Source: Macrostomum lignano
Lineage: Eukaryota
DNA length: 64,000 nt
Assembly (NCBI GenBank): GCA_002269645.1
Contig: NIVC01001185.1
Coordinates: 124,001-188,000 of the forward strand
Direction: 5' to 3'
Positions 10,382 to 22,800 of this stretch are shown here, in pieces. Numbering within the stretch: position 1 is the first letter of the stretch; the number at the start of each line of letters is the position of its first letter. The notes below the pieces were generated by a model. That model did not search any database. It saw only the letters and a program-made list of their open reading frames with translations, and had not been told where the DNA came from. Made by a program: the position numbers and the translations under genes.

Positions 10382-13121
10382 ATCGGTCTGTCTGTCTGTC
10401 TGTCTGCCTGTCTGTCTGCCTGTCTGCCTGTCTGTCTGTCTGTCTGTCTGTCTATATCGGTCTGTCTGTCTGTCTGTCTATATCTGTCTGTCTGTCTGTC
10501 TATCCGTCTGTCTGTCTGTTTTTCTGTCTTTCTGGCTATTTTCTTTCCCTAAAAAGCCCCTTGCTCTTCTCTTGCATTCTGTTTCCTGAGACTGGCAATT
10601 TAGGCTTTACATAAAAAATTGGTCACCAAAATAGGAATTTGCTCCTTTTGCAAACGACTTATTAGTGAAGACGCCATTGCACTGCTGTTAATAGGTGCTT
10701 GAACTCTTTAATCATTAATGACAGCAAACCGCCTTTAATCCAGGTAGTGTTCTGGCAGTGGGTGAACCAGTCGTTCAACGCTCTGGTGAACTACACCAAC
10801 AGGAATGCCAACTCGGGCATCACCAGTCAGCAGCTGATGATTGCTTACACAAGCGCCACCGGCTCTGCCATTGCCGTGTCTCTCGGGCTCAAAGCTTTCC
10901 TGGCTAAACGAGCGCCTCCGTTTGCCCAACGATTCGTACCGTTCGTTGCTGTTGCCGCAGCTAATTTGGTTAATCTGCCGCTGATGCGACAGGCTGAACT
11001 GCTGCAAGGAGTGCAGGTCAAGGATGAGAACGGAAATCAGGTTGGCACGTCTCGGGTAAGTTTATGCTCACTGCCTGGTAGGTGTGGCCCTCCTAACCGC
11101 GACCAGCTCTGCTTAACTTGCAGCACTTCCGGATGTACATAGGGTCCAGTCTGATAGGACATCCGAGATGTACATAGGGTATAGTCTTATTGGACATCTC
11201 GGATGTACATAGGGTATAGTCTTATTGGACATCTCGGATGTACATAGGGTATAGTCTTATTGGACATCTGGGATGTACATAGGGTCCAGTCTGATTGGAA
11301 GTCCGGGATGTACATCGGCTCAGTGTGTTTATGCAATCCTTCCAATCCAATTTTCCAGTACGCCGCTTGCAAAGGCATCGGTCAGGTCGTCACGTCGCGT
11401 ATCACCATTGCTGCGCCGGGAATGCGTGAGTAGTCATGGAAACCAAAAATTTCCATATAGACCTACATGTAGTTGCTTCTGCTGCATAGGCATTGTGTAC
11501 CAAAATGTTTCCTTGCAGTTCAGGTACCCGAACCTAGCAATCCAGGTTTCTAACCTAGCAATCCAGGTTTCTAACCTAGCAATCCAGGTTTCTAACCTAG
11601 CAATCCAGGTTTCTAACCTAGCAATCCAGGTTTCTAACCTAGCAATCCAGGTTTCTAACCTAACAGTCTAGATATTTGACCTAATAGTCCATGTACTTTA
11701 TCTAGCCTAGCAGTCCGTGTACTCTACATAACCTAACAGTCCAGATATCTGACTTAGTAGTCTATATACTCTATCTAGCCTAGCAGTCCAGATATCTAAC
11801 CAGAAATTCGGCTATCTTTTAGCCATACATCTCTTACATGGTCTAGGTGTCCAATCCAGCCGACCCTAGTAGTCCATGTGTTTAACCCGCGCTCATAAAT
11901 CCTCGCAGTGGTGACGCCGTTCATCATGGATCGTCTGGAGACGGCCCGTTGGTTTGCCAGGCGCCGAGCGGTCCTGGACGCTCCACTGCAGACACTGTTT
12001 ATTGGCAGCTTGTGAGTGCCTGTCGCTGCTGCTGTTAATGTATAGTTTAGCTTTTGTATTGATTCATAACATTTGAGTCTAAATGTTTCTTCTCAATTTA
12101 AGCCTGCTGTTCATGGTGCCGACTGGGTGTGCCATTTTTCCGCAAAACAGGTGAGTTATTCAGATGCAGTTCGTGACCCTATATTGCAAGTTAGGGTCTA
12201 GTTTTACTCGAGCATGAGAATCGCCCCTGAACCATCCATGAGAATCACCCCTGAACCATCCATGAGAATCACCCCTGAACCATCCATGAGAATCGGCCCT
12301 GAACCAGCCATGAGAATCGGCCCTGAACCATCCATGAGAATCGGCCATGAACCAGCCATGAGAATCGGCCCTGAACCAGCCATGAGAATCGGCTCTGAAC
12401 CAGCCATGAGAATCGGCTCTGAACCATCCATGAGAATCGGCTCTGAACCATCCATGAGAATCGGCTCTGAACCATCCATGAGAATCGGCTCTGAATCATC
12501 CATGAGAATCGGCCCTGAACCATCCATGAGAATCGGCCATGAACCAGCCATGAGAATCGGCTCTGAACCATCCATGAGAATCGGCCCTGAACCATCCATG
12601 AGAATCGGCCCTGAACCATCCATGAGAATCGGCCATGAACCAGCCATGAGAATCGGCCCTGAACCATCCATGAGAATCGGCCCTGAATCATCCATGAGAA
12701 TCGGCCCTGAATCATCCATGAGAATCGGCCATGAACCAGCCATGAGAATCGGCCCTGAACCATCCATGAGAATCGGCCCTGAATCATCCATGAGAATCGG
12801 CCCTGAATCATCCATGAGAATCGCCCCTGAACCATCCATCAGAATCGGCCCTGAAACATCTATGAGAATGGCCCCTGAATCGCCCCTTGAATCGCTAGTC
12901 AGAATACATGTTAACTGTTATTTCTTAGAAACTCTATCAGGTCATTGCGCATTCCCTAGTAATAATTTATAACCCGACTCTTAAATTCTCTCTTGATTTC
13001 TCAAACCCTCAGCTCCGTGTCGCTGCAACAGCTGAAGCGCTTTGACGAGCCTGAGTACGCCAAACTCAAAGCTAGAGGATATTCTGATGGTCAAAAATTA
13101 TACTTTAATAAGGGCCTATAA
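9362..13121 (+). CDS. SFXN2: Sideroflexin (SFXN2-like mitochondrial carrier), join(9362..9700,10744..11055,11359..11425,11909..12011,12103..12150,13013..13121)
   Basis: Motifs [66 protein letters not shown] and C-terminal YFNKGL. All junctions are GT-AG and in phase. Confidence 0.93.
9745..10520. repeat. (CTGT)n microsatellite in SFXN2 intron 1
   Basis: Direct observation. Confidence 0.95.
11128..11320. repeat. 35-bp minisatellite (GGATGTACATAGGGTATAGTCTTATTGGACATCTC) in SFXN2 intron 2
   Basis: About 5 copies. Confidence 0.9.
11530..11830. repeat. 21-bp minisatellite (AACCTAGCAATCCAGGTTTCT) decaying 3', in SFXN2 intron 3
   Basis: About 6 near-perfect copies followed by degenerate ones. Confidence 0.9.
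12213..12890. repeat. 24-bp minisatellite (ATGAGAATCGGCCCTGAACCATCC) in SFXN2 intron 5
   Basis: Direct observation. Confidence 0.95.
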
Positions 13122-13299
13122 ATCTCTCAGATCCTAACAGACTTCCGAGCTCAAGGAACATCCAATTAATCGATTAACTACTATAGACTCAGCCGAATTC
13201 CCTGTCATAAACATTATTCTGTATTCCAGTGCTTGATAAATTAATATTTTTTATTGCGATAGTGACATTTCACTATCGAATCATCTGGTTGAGGGTTAG

Positions 13300-14460
13300 G
13301 GTTACAGTCAAATTGTCACTATAGACAGTCAAATTGTCACTGGCAGTCAAATTGTCACTATAGACAGTCGAATTGTCACTGGCAGTCAAATTGTCACTAT
13401 AGACAGTCAAATTGTCACTATAGACAGTCGAATTGTCACTGGCAGTCAAATTGTCACTATAGACAGTCAAATTGTCACTATAGACAGTCGAATTGTCACT
13501 GGCAGTCAAATTGTCACTATAGACAGTCAAATTGTCACTGACAGTCAAATTGTCACTATAGACAGTCGAATTGTCACTATAGACAGTCAAATTGTCACTA
13601 TAGACAGTCAAATTGTCACTATAGACAGTCGAATTGTCACTGGCAGTCAAATTGTCACTATAGACAGTCGAATTGTCACTGGCAGTCAAATTGTCACTGA
13701 CAGTCAAATTGTCACTATAGACAGTCAAATTGTCACTATGGACAGTCAAATTGTCACTATAGACAGTCAAATTGTCACTGACAGTCAAATTGTCACTGAC
13801 AGTCAAATTGTCACTATAGACAGTCGAATTGTCACTATAGACAGTCAAATTGTCACTATAGACAGTCGAATTGTCACTATAGACAGTCAAATTGTCACTA
13901 TAGACAGTCGAATTGTCACTGGCAGTCAAATTGTCACTATAGACAGTCGAATTGTCACTGGCAGTCAAATTGTCACTGACAGTCAAATTGTCACTATAGA
14001 CAGTCAAATTGTCACTATGGACAGTCAAATTGTCACTATAGACAGTCAAATTGTCACTGACAGTCAAATTGTCACTGACAGTCAAATTGTCACTGACAGT
14101 CAAATTGTCAATATATACAGTCAAACTGTTACTGACAGTCAAATTGTCACTATAGACAGTCAAATTGTCACTATAGACAGTCAAATTGTCACTGACAGTC
14201 AAATTGTCACTATAGACAGTCAAATTGTCACTATAGACAGTCAAATTGTCACTATAGACAGTCAAATTGTCACTATAGACAGTCAAATTGTCACTATAGA
14301 CAGTCAAATTGTCACTGGCAGTCAAATTGTCACTGACAGTCAAATTGTCACTATAGACAGTCAAATTGTCACTATAGACAGTCAAATTGTCACTATAGAC
14401 AGTCAAATTGTCACTATAGACAGTCAAATTGTCACTATAGACAGTCAAATTGTCACTGAC
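13300..14460. repeat. 21/18-bp minisatellite (ACAGTCAAATTGTCACTATAG / ACAGTCAAATTGTCACTG) downstream of the SFXN2 stop
   Basis: Direct observation. Confidence 0.95.
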
Positions 14461-15000
14461 AGGCGGTTATAATTTTTATCTTGTCGATTTTTCTTAGTCA
14501 GGTGGACGGTTCAACTCTGTAAAGCTTGCCAGAAAATAGTTAGCTGTTTCGATTTTAAACCCCTATTACATTTACATAAATTGTTTAACCTTGTTGAAAA
14601 CTGGAGTTACTTCAGTGTGTGTAAATGTGTTTTGGAATTTACTAAATAATGTCTAGTGTGTAGTCTGTAGTAATTAAATAGATTTTAATTGTTGTGTTTC
14701 AGAACTTTTTTATTCTAAATTGCCTAAAAGTAATTCTTCCCTGAATATTTCAAAATCAAGTTGTGTAACACTGGCCCCAGGCAGTTGTTATAATCTCGCA
14801 TGCCCTATTTTAACTATTACATCCACCGCATTAACTATTTTAATTCTATCTATTATGATTCATTTTTTGCTCGACTTGAACGAGGTACAATTTTTTATAG
14901 CTGTTTTTTGCTTCAATAAAATTCTAATTTTTATTCTCCTACTGAATTAATTTCCTGTGTTCAAAACAAATATTGAGTCTTGATTGTTTTGCCCGACCCG

Positions 15001-15552
15001 CAGACAGACAGACAGACAGACAGGCAGGCAGACAGACAGACAGACAGACAGACGGACAGACAGACATACAGGCAGGCAGACAGAGACAGACAGACAGGCA
15101 GACAGAGACAGACAGACAGACAGACAGACACAGGCAGGCAGGCAAGCAGACAGACAGATAGACAGACACACAGGCAGGCAGGCAGAGACAGACAGGCAGA
15201 CAGACAGGCAGGCAGGCAGACAGAGACAGACAGACAGACAGACAGACACAGGCAGGCAGGCAAGCAGACAGACAGATAGACAGACACACAGGCAGGCAGG
15301 CAGAGACAGACAGGCAGACAGACAGGCAGGCAGGCAGGCAGACAGAGACAGACAGGCAGACAGACAGACAGACAGGCAGGCAGGCAGACAGAGACAGACA
15401 GACACAGGCAGGCAGGCAAGCAGACAGACAGATAGACAGACACACAGGCAGGCAGGCAGAGACAGACAGGCAGACAGACAGGCAGGCAGGCAGACAGAGA
15501 CAGACAGGCAGACAGACAGACAGGCAGGCAGGCAGACAGACAGACAGACAGA

Positions 15553-15583
<31 letters not shown>

Positions 15584-15590
15584 GGCAGGC

Positions 15591-15629
<39 letters not shown>

Positions 15630-16115
15630 GACAGACAGGCAGACAGACAGGCAGGCAGACAGACAGAACAGACAGACAGACAGACAGACAGACACACAGG
15701 CAGGCAGGCAGACAGAGACAGGCAGGCAGACGGACAGGCAGGCAGACAGAACAGGCAGACAGACAGACAGACAAGCAGACAGGCAGGCAGGCAGACAGAC
15801 AGGCAGGCAGACGGACGGGCAGGCAGACAGAACAGGCAGACAGACAGACAGACAGGCAGGCAGACAGACAGGCAGACAGACAGACAGACAGACAGACAGG
15901 CAGGCAGACGAACAGGCAGACAGACAGAACAGGCAGACAGACAGGCAGGCAGACAGACAAACAGGCAGACAGACAGGCAGACAGACAGACAGACAGGCAG
16001 GCAGACGAACAGGCAGACAGACAGAACAGGCAGACAGACAGACAGACAGACATACAGACAAACAGACAGACAGCGAGACAGGCAGACATACAGAGAGAAC
16101 AGACACAGACAGGCA
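15001..16115. repeat. (GACA/GGCA)n microsatellite upstream of COA6
   Basis: Direct observation. Confidence 0.95.
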
Positions 16116-16294
16116 TGAGCAAAGAACTACGAGTAGTTCGGACAGTCATTTTAAGTGCCGTTATATCAAACAAATAAGATAGTGCAGATAACAAAATTAG
16201 ATATTAGCAAACTCTCAAAAACAAAGGTTTATACTGACTGGTTTCATGTGCCGCAAAAGCCGGCCAATCCAAAGCAACCCCAGCCACAGCCGCA

Positions 16295-17348
16295 ATGGCA
16301 AAATCAGACAGCGGAGTCGGCCGCAAGTTGCTGCTCAAATCTGAACGCGAGAAATGCTGGCACGCGAGAGATGCCTATTGGGCCTGTCTGGAGAGCGGTC
16401 GCGAGTCCGGCACAGGAAAGGCCAACAAATGCTCCAAAGAGCTGGCAGAGTTTCATAATGCCTGTCCGAGGCAATGGGTGAGTGTTATAGAGCTTTGGGG
16501 AGCACTCACAGGTGTCATTAAAGATCATTCACAGGTTTCATTGAAGATCATTCACAGGTGATGTCATTAAAGATCATTCACAGGTGATGTCATTAAAGAT
16601 CATTCACAGGTTTCATTAAAGATCATTCACAGGTGATGTCACTAAAGATCATTCACAGGTTTCATTAAAGATCATTCACAGGTGATGTCACTAAAGATCA
16701 TTCACAGGTTTCATTAAAGATCATTCACAGGTGATGTCATTAAAGATCATTCACAGGTTTCATTAAAGATCATTCACAGGTGATGTCACTAAAGATCATT
16801 CACAGGTTTCATTAAAGATCATTCACAGATGATGTCATTAACGATCATTCACAGGTTTCATTAAAGATCATTCACAGGTGATGTCACTAAAGATCATTCA
16901 CACGTGATGTCACTAAAGATCATTCACAGGTTTCATTAAAGATCATTCACAGGTGATGTCACTAAAGATCATTCACAGGTTTCATTAAAGATCATTCACA
17001 GGTGTCATTCGGGATAAACTCACAGTTGTGATTGGGGATCACTCACAGGTGTAATTGGGGATCACTCACAGGTGTGATTGGGGATCACTCACAGGTGTAA
17101 TTGGGGATCACTCACAGGTGTGATTAGGGATCCCTCACAGTTGTGATTAGGGATCACTCACAGGTGTGATAAGGTATCAAGCATAAACCCGACGCCCCCT
17201 ATTGGATCCTCAGATTGATCACTTTGTCAGGAAGCGCGAATACGACCTGTTCAAGGAGAAAATCGAGAAAGGCGAAGCATCTGATAAGGATATAAAAAGT
17301 CACATGACTTTCTCCATCCCAAAGGAGGCCAGAAGTGGGCCAGCTTGA
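16295..17348 (+). CDS. COA6: Cytochrome c oxidase assembly factor 6, join(16295..16477,17214..17348)
   Basis: EREKCWHARDAYWACL...CSKELAEFHNACPRQW|IDHFVRKREY matches the COA6 CX9C-CXnC-CX10C pattern. Phase-0 GT-AG intron; AATAAA follows the stop. Confidence 0.92.
16505..17165. repeat. 23/26-bp minisatellite (CATTAAAGATCATTCACAGG-TTT/TGATGT) drifting into a GGGGATCACTCACAGGTGTGATT variant, in the COA6 intron
   Basis: Direct observation. Confidence 0.95.
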
Positions 17349-17350
17349 CT

Positions 17351-17356
17351 AATAAA
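17351..17356 (+). promoter_or_regulatory. Polyadenylation signal of COA6
   Basis: AATAAA 2 nt after the TGA. Confidence 0.6.
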
Positions 17357-17654
17357 GTTGCATGAATTTGAATATAATTGTGCCGCCTTATTATGTCATC
17401 CAGTGCACGCCTGTACTATATGAAAATCTGTGTGTCTTTTCACTGTTCGGTTCAATTTTCAATTTAGTTAATAGCCGTTAAATAAATCATCATTTGCTCT
17501 CGCCGTGAATGCGTTATAAGAAAACTTCAATTGTGTCTTTTTGTGTCGTTTTAATTCAAGGAAGATTTAGACAGTAGGTAGTCGATGTAAATAATAATGT
17601 GTATCATACTGCTAATTCAACCGGTAAACCTTAGTTGCCTATCTGATGTTTCAA

Positions 17655-17975
17655 TTTTGTATTATCTTATCATCTCTCACTCTTCTCTTCCCTCTTCTCT
17701 CCCCTCTCCTCTCTTCTCTCTCCTCTCCTCTCATCTCTTCTCTCTCTCTCATCTCCTCTCTTCTCTCTTATCTCATCTCTTTCCTCATCTCTTCTTCTCT
17801 CCTTTCCTCTCTTCTCTCCTTCCTCATCTCTTTTCTCCTCTCCTCTCTTCTCTCTCCTCTTCTCTCTCTTCTCTCTCATCTCCTTTCATCTCTCTCCTCT
17901 CCTCTTTCCTTTACTGTCATCTTTCTTTTCTCCTCTCCTCTCTTTGCTTTTCTTTCCTCTCTCCTCTTTCCTCTA
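17655..17975. repeat. CT-rich low-complexity tract
   Basis: Direct observation. Confidence 0.85.
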
Positions 17976-18439
17976 TTTCTTCAAAGATCCATTATGAAAT
18001 TATACGCGGAGCAATCGGCTGGCCTTTCTTCGAAAGAAATTTTTGTAAATATGCATAAACATCTATGATTTATTAGTCAGCAGTAGTATGAGTTAGTCAC
18101 TGGAAACTGATGGTAATTAACTGCGAAATACAAACATCAAAACAAAAATTGAAAAATGAGAGCATTGTATCTGCACTTTGAGTATTTTATCTTAGGAATG
18201 AATAGAAAACAAAAGATGTGTCATAAAAGGTGTTTTTCTAAAAAGTTGATAAATATTTTATCTAAAAGAGAAAATCTACATAATAGAAAGTATATGCAAC
18301 GGACTATTTCACAAAAACAATAATTTTGGGGATGTAGGGATACCTGTTACGATATGACGGGTTTTATCGGTCCCAAGCAGTTGTCTATGTTTACACGCAC
18401 CTCGACTGCATACGAGTGGTTCCACTATAGTCTATGGTC

Positions 18440-18605
18440 TTGAAGACATGATGTCTATGGTCATTAGCATGTAGTGGCCTGTTCGCAGACGATACAAAAA
18501 AGTTTGGGGCCGCTGTACACTCCTGTGTGAGTGTGTGCCTGTGCGTATGACTGCGTACGTATCCACGGGCTTGTGTGCCTGCTCAGGGGAGTCGGCGGAA
18601 TGGGC
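18440..18605. repeat. Dispersed repeat copy homologous to 9220-9320
   Basis: Collinear shared blocks AAGACA..ATGTCT..CATTAG, GCCGCTGTACAC.CC.GTGTGAG.GTGTG and CTCAG..GTC.GCGGAATGGG. Confidence 0.6.
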
Positions 18606-19005
18606 AGTAATGCCTCTCACCGGTTGTGTGACAATGTCGCTTAAAGCGCGCCAGGGTGACTATTCTGCTTTGCCAACGGATGTCGAAGAACAGCTGTCTG
18701 AGGGCGAACTTTATTCTTGAATTACTGTGGCTCGTGTCTAAAAAAACCAGAAAAAACAGACTGACAGATGGACAGAAAGACAACAGACACACGGGCAATT
18801 ATAGAATTTTATAATGGAATCATTTTCTTGTCGGCACAATTATTAAAATATGATTCAGATTGCTTTTGTTATAATTCTCAACTTGGCTGACGAAAGCAAC
18901 ACTAATTTGTAATTATTCATCATTGCATTAGTTGCCATAGGGAATTCTGTTAGTAGTATTTTCCCACTCCAATCAAATCACTTGCGGACGTCGTTCTCTC
19001 TTCAT

Positions 19006-19810
19006 TTAGATTGGCGTCACGTCGTTCTTGATATGATAGCAGAGCATGATTATGGCCAGAGCCGCTATGCATCCCTGGAATATATATCAGCGCGTGAAAC
19101 AGTGAAAATGGCATAAAATTTTAAACAAATTGAAAGACAGAGAAAGAGAGAGAGAAGCAGACAGACAAACAGACAGACAGGCAAATAGACAGTCGGACAG
19201 ACAGACAGACAGACAGGCAAACAGACAGTCGGACAGACGGACAGACAGGCAAACAGACAGTCGGACAGACAGACAGACAGGCAAACAGACAGTCGGACAG
19301 ACGGACAGACAGGCAAACAGACAGTCGGACAGACAGACAGACAGGCAAACAGACAGTCGGACAGACGGACAGACAGGCAAACAGACAGTCGGACAGACAG
19401 ACAGACAGGCAAACAGACAGTCGGACAGACAGACAGACAGGCAAACAGACAGTCGGACAGACGGACAGACAGGCAAACAGACAGTCGGACAGACAGACAG
19501 ACAGGCAAACAGACAGTCGGACAGACGGACAGACAGGCAAATAGACAGTCGGACAGACAGACAGACAGACAGACAGGCAAACAGACAGTCGGACAGACGG
19601 ACAGACAGGCAAACAGACAGTCGGACAGACAGACAGACAGGCAAACAGACGGTCGGACAGACGGACAGACAGGCAAACAGACAGTCGGACAGACAGACAG
19701 ACAGGCAAACAGACAGTCGGACAGACAGACAGACAGACAGAAAGGCAGACAGACAGACAGACAGACAGGCAAACAGACAGTCGGACAGACAGACAGACAG
19801 ACAGAAAGGC

Positions 19811-19841
<31 letters not shown>

Positions 19842-19858
19842 AAGGCAGACAGACAGAC

Positions 19859-19893
<35 letters not shown>

Positions 19894-22800
19894 CCAACTA
19901 AAGCATAAATGTCAGCACAAGAATCATCATATTACTAATCACCAATATTTCATGAGTATTTGTATCACATACTGACAGTTTTGAGCAGTTTCAGTGTCAC
20001 TATGCTATACTCGAACTCAATATTTGAAACGCTCTCACCGTGATAGCGGCTGTAATGGCCATGCCAGTCATGACAACATTAGCGTATGTTGTCAGGATGT
20101 CCCACAGTTTACCGTAGCAACTTTTCATGTAGTTACTGTTGCTTGGCGTAGGATTGTAGGTGCAATTCTTGTCGACTGGTTCAAATGTGGTCATGCTGAG
20201 CTGACAGCAGGATAGGGGAGCCACTAGTGCTGCAATATGGTGGCGTGTTTAAGTTTAGGGATTTGCTGCTTGATTCTGATTGACGCGTGAAGGTTTTTTG
20301 GCCTACAGATTTCTATAATAAACTGTGGTTCTACTTGATGGGATTAACTCCATTACCTGTTAGGCTCAAATGCATTATACAATGGGATCAGCTTCATCAC
20401 CTTAATATAGGATCAGCTTCATTACCCTAATAAAGGATCAGCTTCATCTACTTAATAAAGGATCAGCTTCATCACCTTAATATAGGATCAGCTTCATCAC
20501 CTTAATATAGGATCAGCTTCATCACCTTAATATAGGATCAGCTTCATCACCCTAATAAACGATCAGCTTCATCACCCTAATAAACGATCAGCTTCACCAC
20601 CTTAATAAAGGATCAGCTTCATCACCTTAATATAAGATCAGCTTCATCACCTTAATATAGGATCAGCTTCATCACCTTAATATAGGATCAGCTTTATCAC
20701 CCTAATAAACGATCAGCTTCATCACCCTAATAAACGATCAGCTTCATCACCCTAATAAACGATCAGCTTCACCACCTTAATATACATGTAGGATCAGCTT
20801 CACCACCTTAATATAGGATCAGCTTTATCTCCTTAATATAGGATCAGCTTCATCGCATTAATATAGGATCAGCTTCATCACCTTAATATAGGATCAGCTT
20901 TATCACCCTAATAAACGATCAGCTTCATCACCCTAATAAACGATCAGCTTCATCACCCTAATATACGATCAGCTTCACCACCTTAATATACATGTAGGAT
21001 CAGCTTCACCACCTTAATATAGGATCAGCTTCATCGCCTTAATATAGGATCAGCTTCATCACCCTATAAACGATCAGCTTCATCACCTTAATATAGGATC
21101 AGCTTCATCGCCATAATATAGGATCAGCTTCATCATCTTAATATAGAATCAGCTTCATCACCCTAATATAGGATCAGCTTCATCGCCATAATATAGGATC
21201 AGCTTCATCACCTTAATATAGAATCAGCTTCATCACCCTAATATAGGATCAGCTTCATCACCTTAATATAGGATCAGCTTCATCACCTTAATATAGAATC
21301 AGCTTCATCAGCTTAATATAGCATCAGCTTCATCACCTTGATATAGGATAAGCTTCATCACCTTAATATAGGATTAGCTTCATCACCTTAATATAGGATC
21401 AGCTTCATCACCTTGATATAGGATCAGCTTCAATACTTAAAAGGAGCATTGGGTCTCAGAGAGGAAAAAGTGTGCAGATCTGAACTCACTGACATATCTC
21501 GACTCGGACGATAGGTAATAGGTTCGATTCCACTGACTAGCCGAGTAGAAGTCAGTAAAGTTGTCTATACCGCAGCATTCGAGCTGAAATTTATTCGAAA
21601 CGGTTACTGTACATGCACATGCGTTTATCGAACTCGAACTTTAAAGTAATCCTTAACTTATTAAACTTACACGACCCTGAATAATGTCCAACACTTTGCT
21701 GAAATCGTTCTGACTACTCGACTGGCTGCCCTGGTACTGCTCGGTAATGAGTCGCTTCATCTCTTTGGCCCCGATGCTGCGCATGTCCTGTTTGAACAGC
21801 AGGTATCCGATCACGAATCCAAGCAGAGCTAGGGTTAGGGCCAGTACTAGGACCACGTACTGCGGGGATGTATGAATTGCAGAGCGTTTTCAAACATTAA
21901 TTCAACCTTCAAGTGGCAATGCACAGTTTTAATTTGCCTTTACACTACTGTTAGTAGATTTTGCTCGGAGAAATGTTAGAGTCAGGTTAAGAGTCAGGTT
22001 CAGGATTCTATAGAAGTTGTAATCCGCCAACCCGCGAGCAAGTGATAATGAATTATACGTACTTTATAGTTCCACTAGCTCCAATATGCAAGTTATCCCC
22101 TGTACAAATCGGTCCAGATCTTTGTGAGGACCCCTTCTATCTAGATTACCCTTTAATCATATGGTGCAAATTTTATAACCTAAATGTATATATAAATATT
22201 AAAATTCGAATTTTATTCTTTGTATTATCCAACATTACTCGCTTAATAAATCGGCAGAGCCCTCCCTGGGCTGACCCGAGGGTCAATACTTTTGACCCAT
22301 TCGTTTAATAAGTACAGGTACTTTAGTACTACTTTAGTATTAGTATTAGTAAAGTTGGGAGTTCCTATATACACCAATACCCCTTGCTAATCAGCACTGT
22401 TTGCTCAAATCCTGCTCAGAGTTGGGGCTACTCAAACGCTAGTTATATGTTGAACGCATAGTTTTTTCAAACAATAAAGTACTCAACTCAGTCACGCTTG
22501 TTCGCCTGCTTTCCGTGTACTTTTATTGCTCGAAAAATTAGAACCTTATCTGTTGTGTTTTGTCTTACCTACTCTTCTATCTGAGGAGACCTTAATGAGA
22601 TAGCTCAACCTGATCTGTCTCTAACCGTCTAATAGCCTCAGTTGATCTGTCCCTGATCATCTAATAGCCTCAGTTGATCTGTCCCTAATCTTCTAATAGC
22701 CTCACCTGCTCTGTCCCTAATAATCTAATAGCCTCACTTACCCTGTCCCTAATCATCTAATAGCCTCACCTACTCTGTCACTAATCATCTAATAGCCCCA

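Noticed and set aside
12160-14472. Repeat-peptide ORFs ([22 protein letters not shown])
   Set aside because: Translations of 24-, 21- and 18-bp arrays; the first lies within SFXN2 intron 5.
1293-20000. Long CLSV/DRQT/SVCL-type ORFs (1293-1652, 9854-10589, 14939-16194, 19065-19975)
   Set aside because: Translations of GACA/CTGT microsatellites, mostly inside modelled introns.
21515-21535. GGTTCGATTCC tRNA B-box-like motif
   Set aside because: Lies in a tetraspanin B coding exon (minus strand); no A box or cloverleaf.
22265-22300. Small hairpin GGGTCAA-N5-TTGACCC resembling a transposon terminal motif
   Set aside because: No partner terminal repeat or TSD found nearby.
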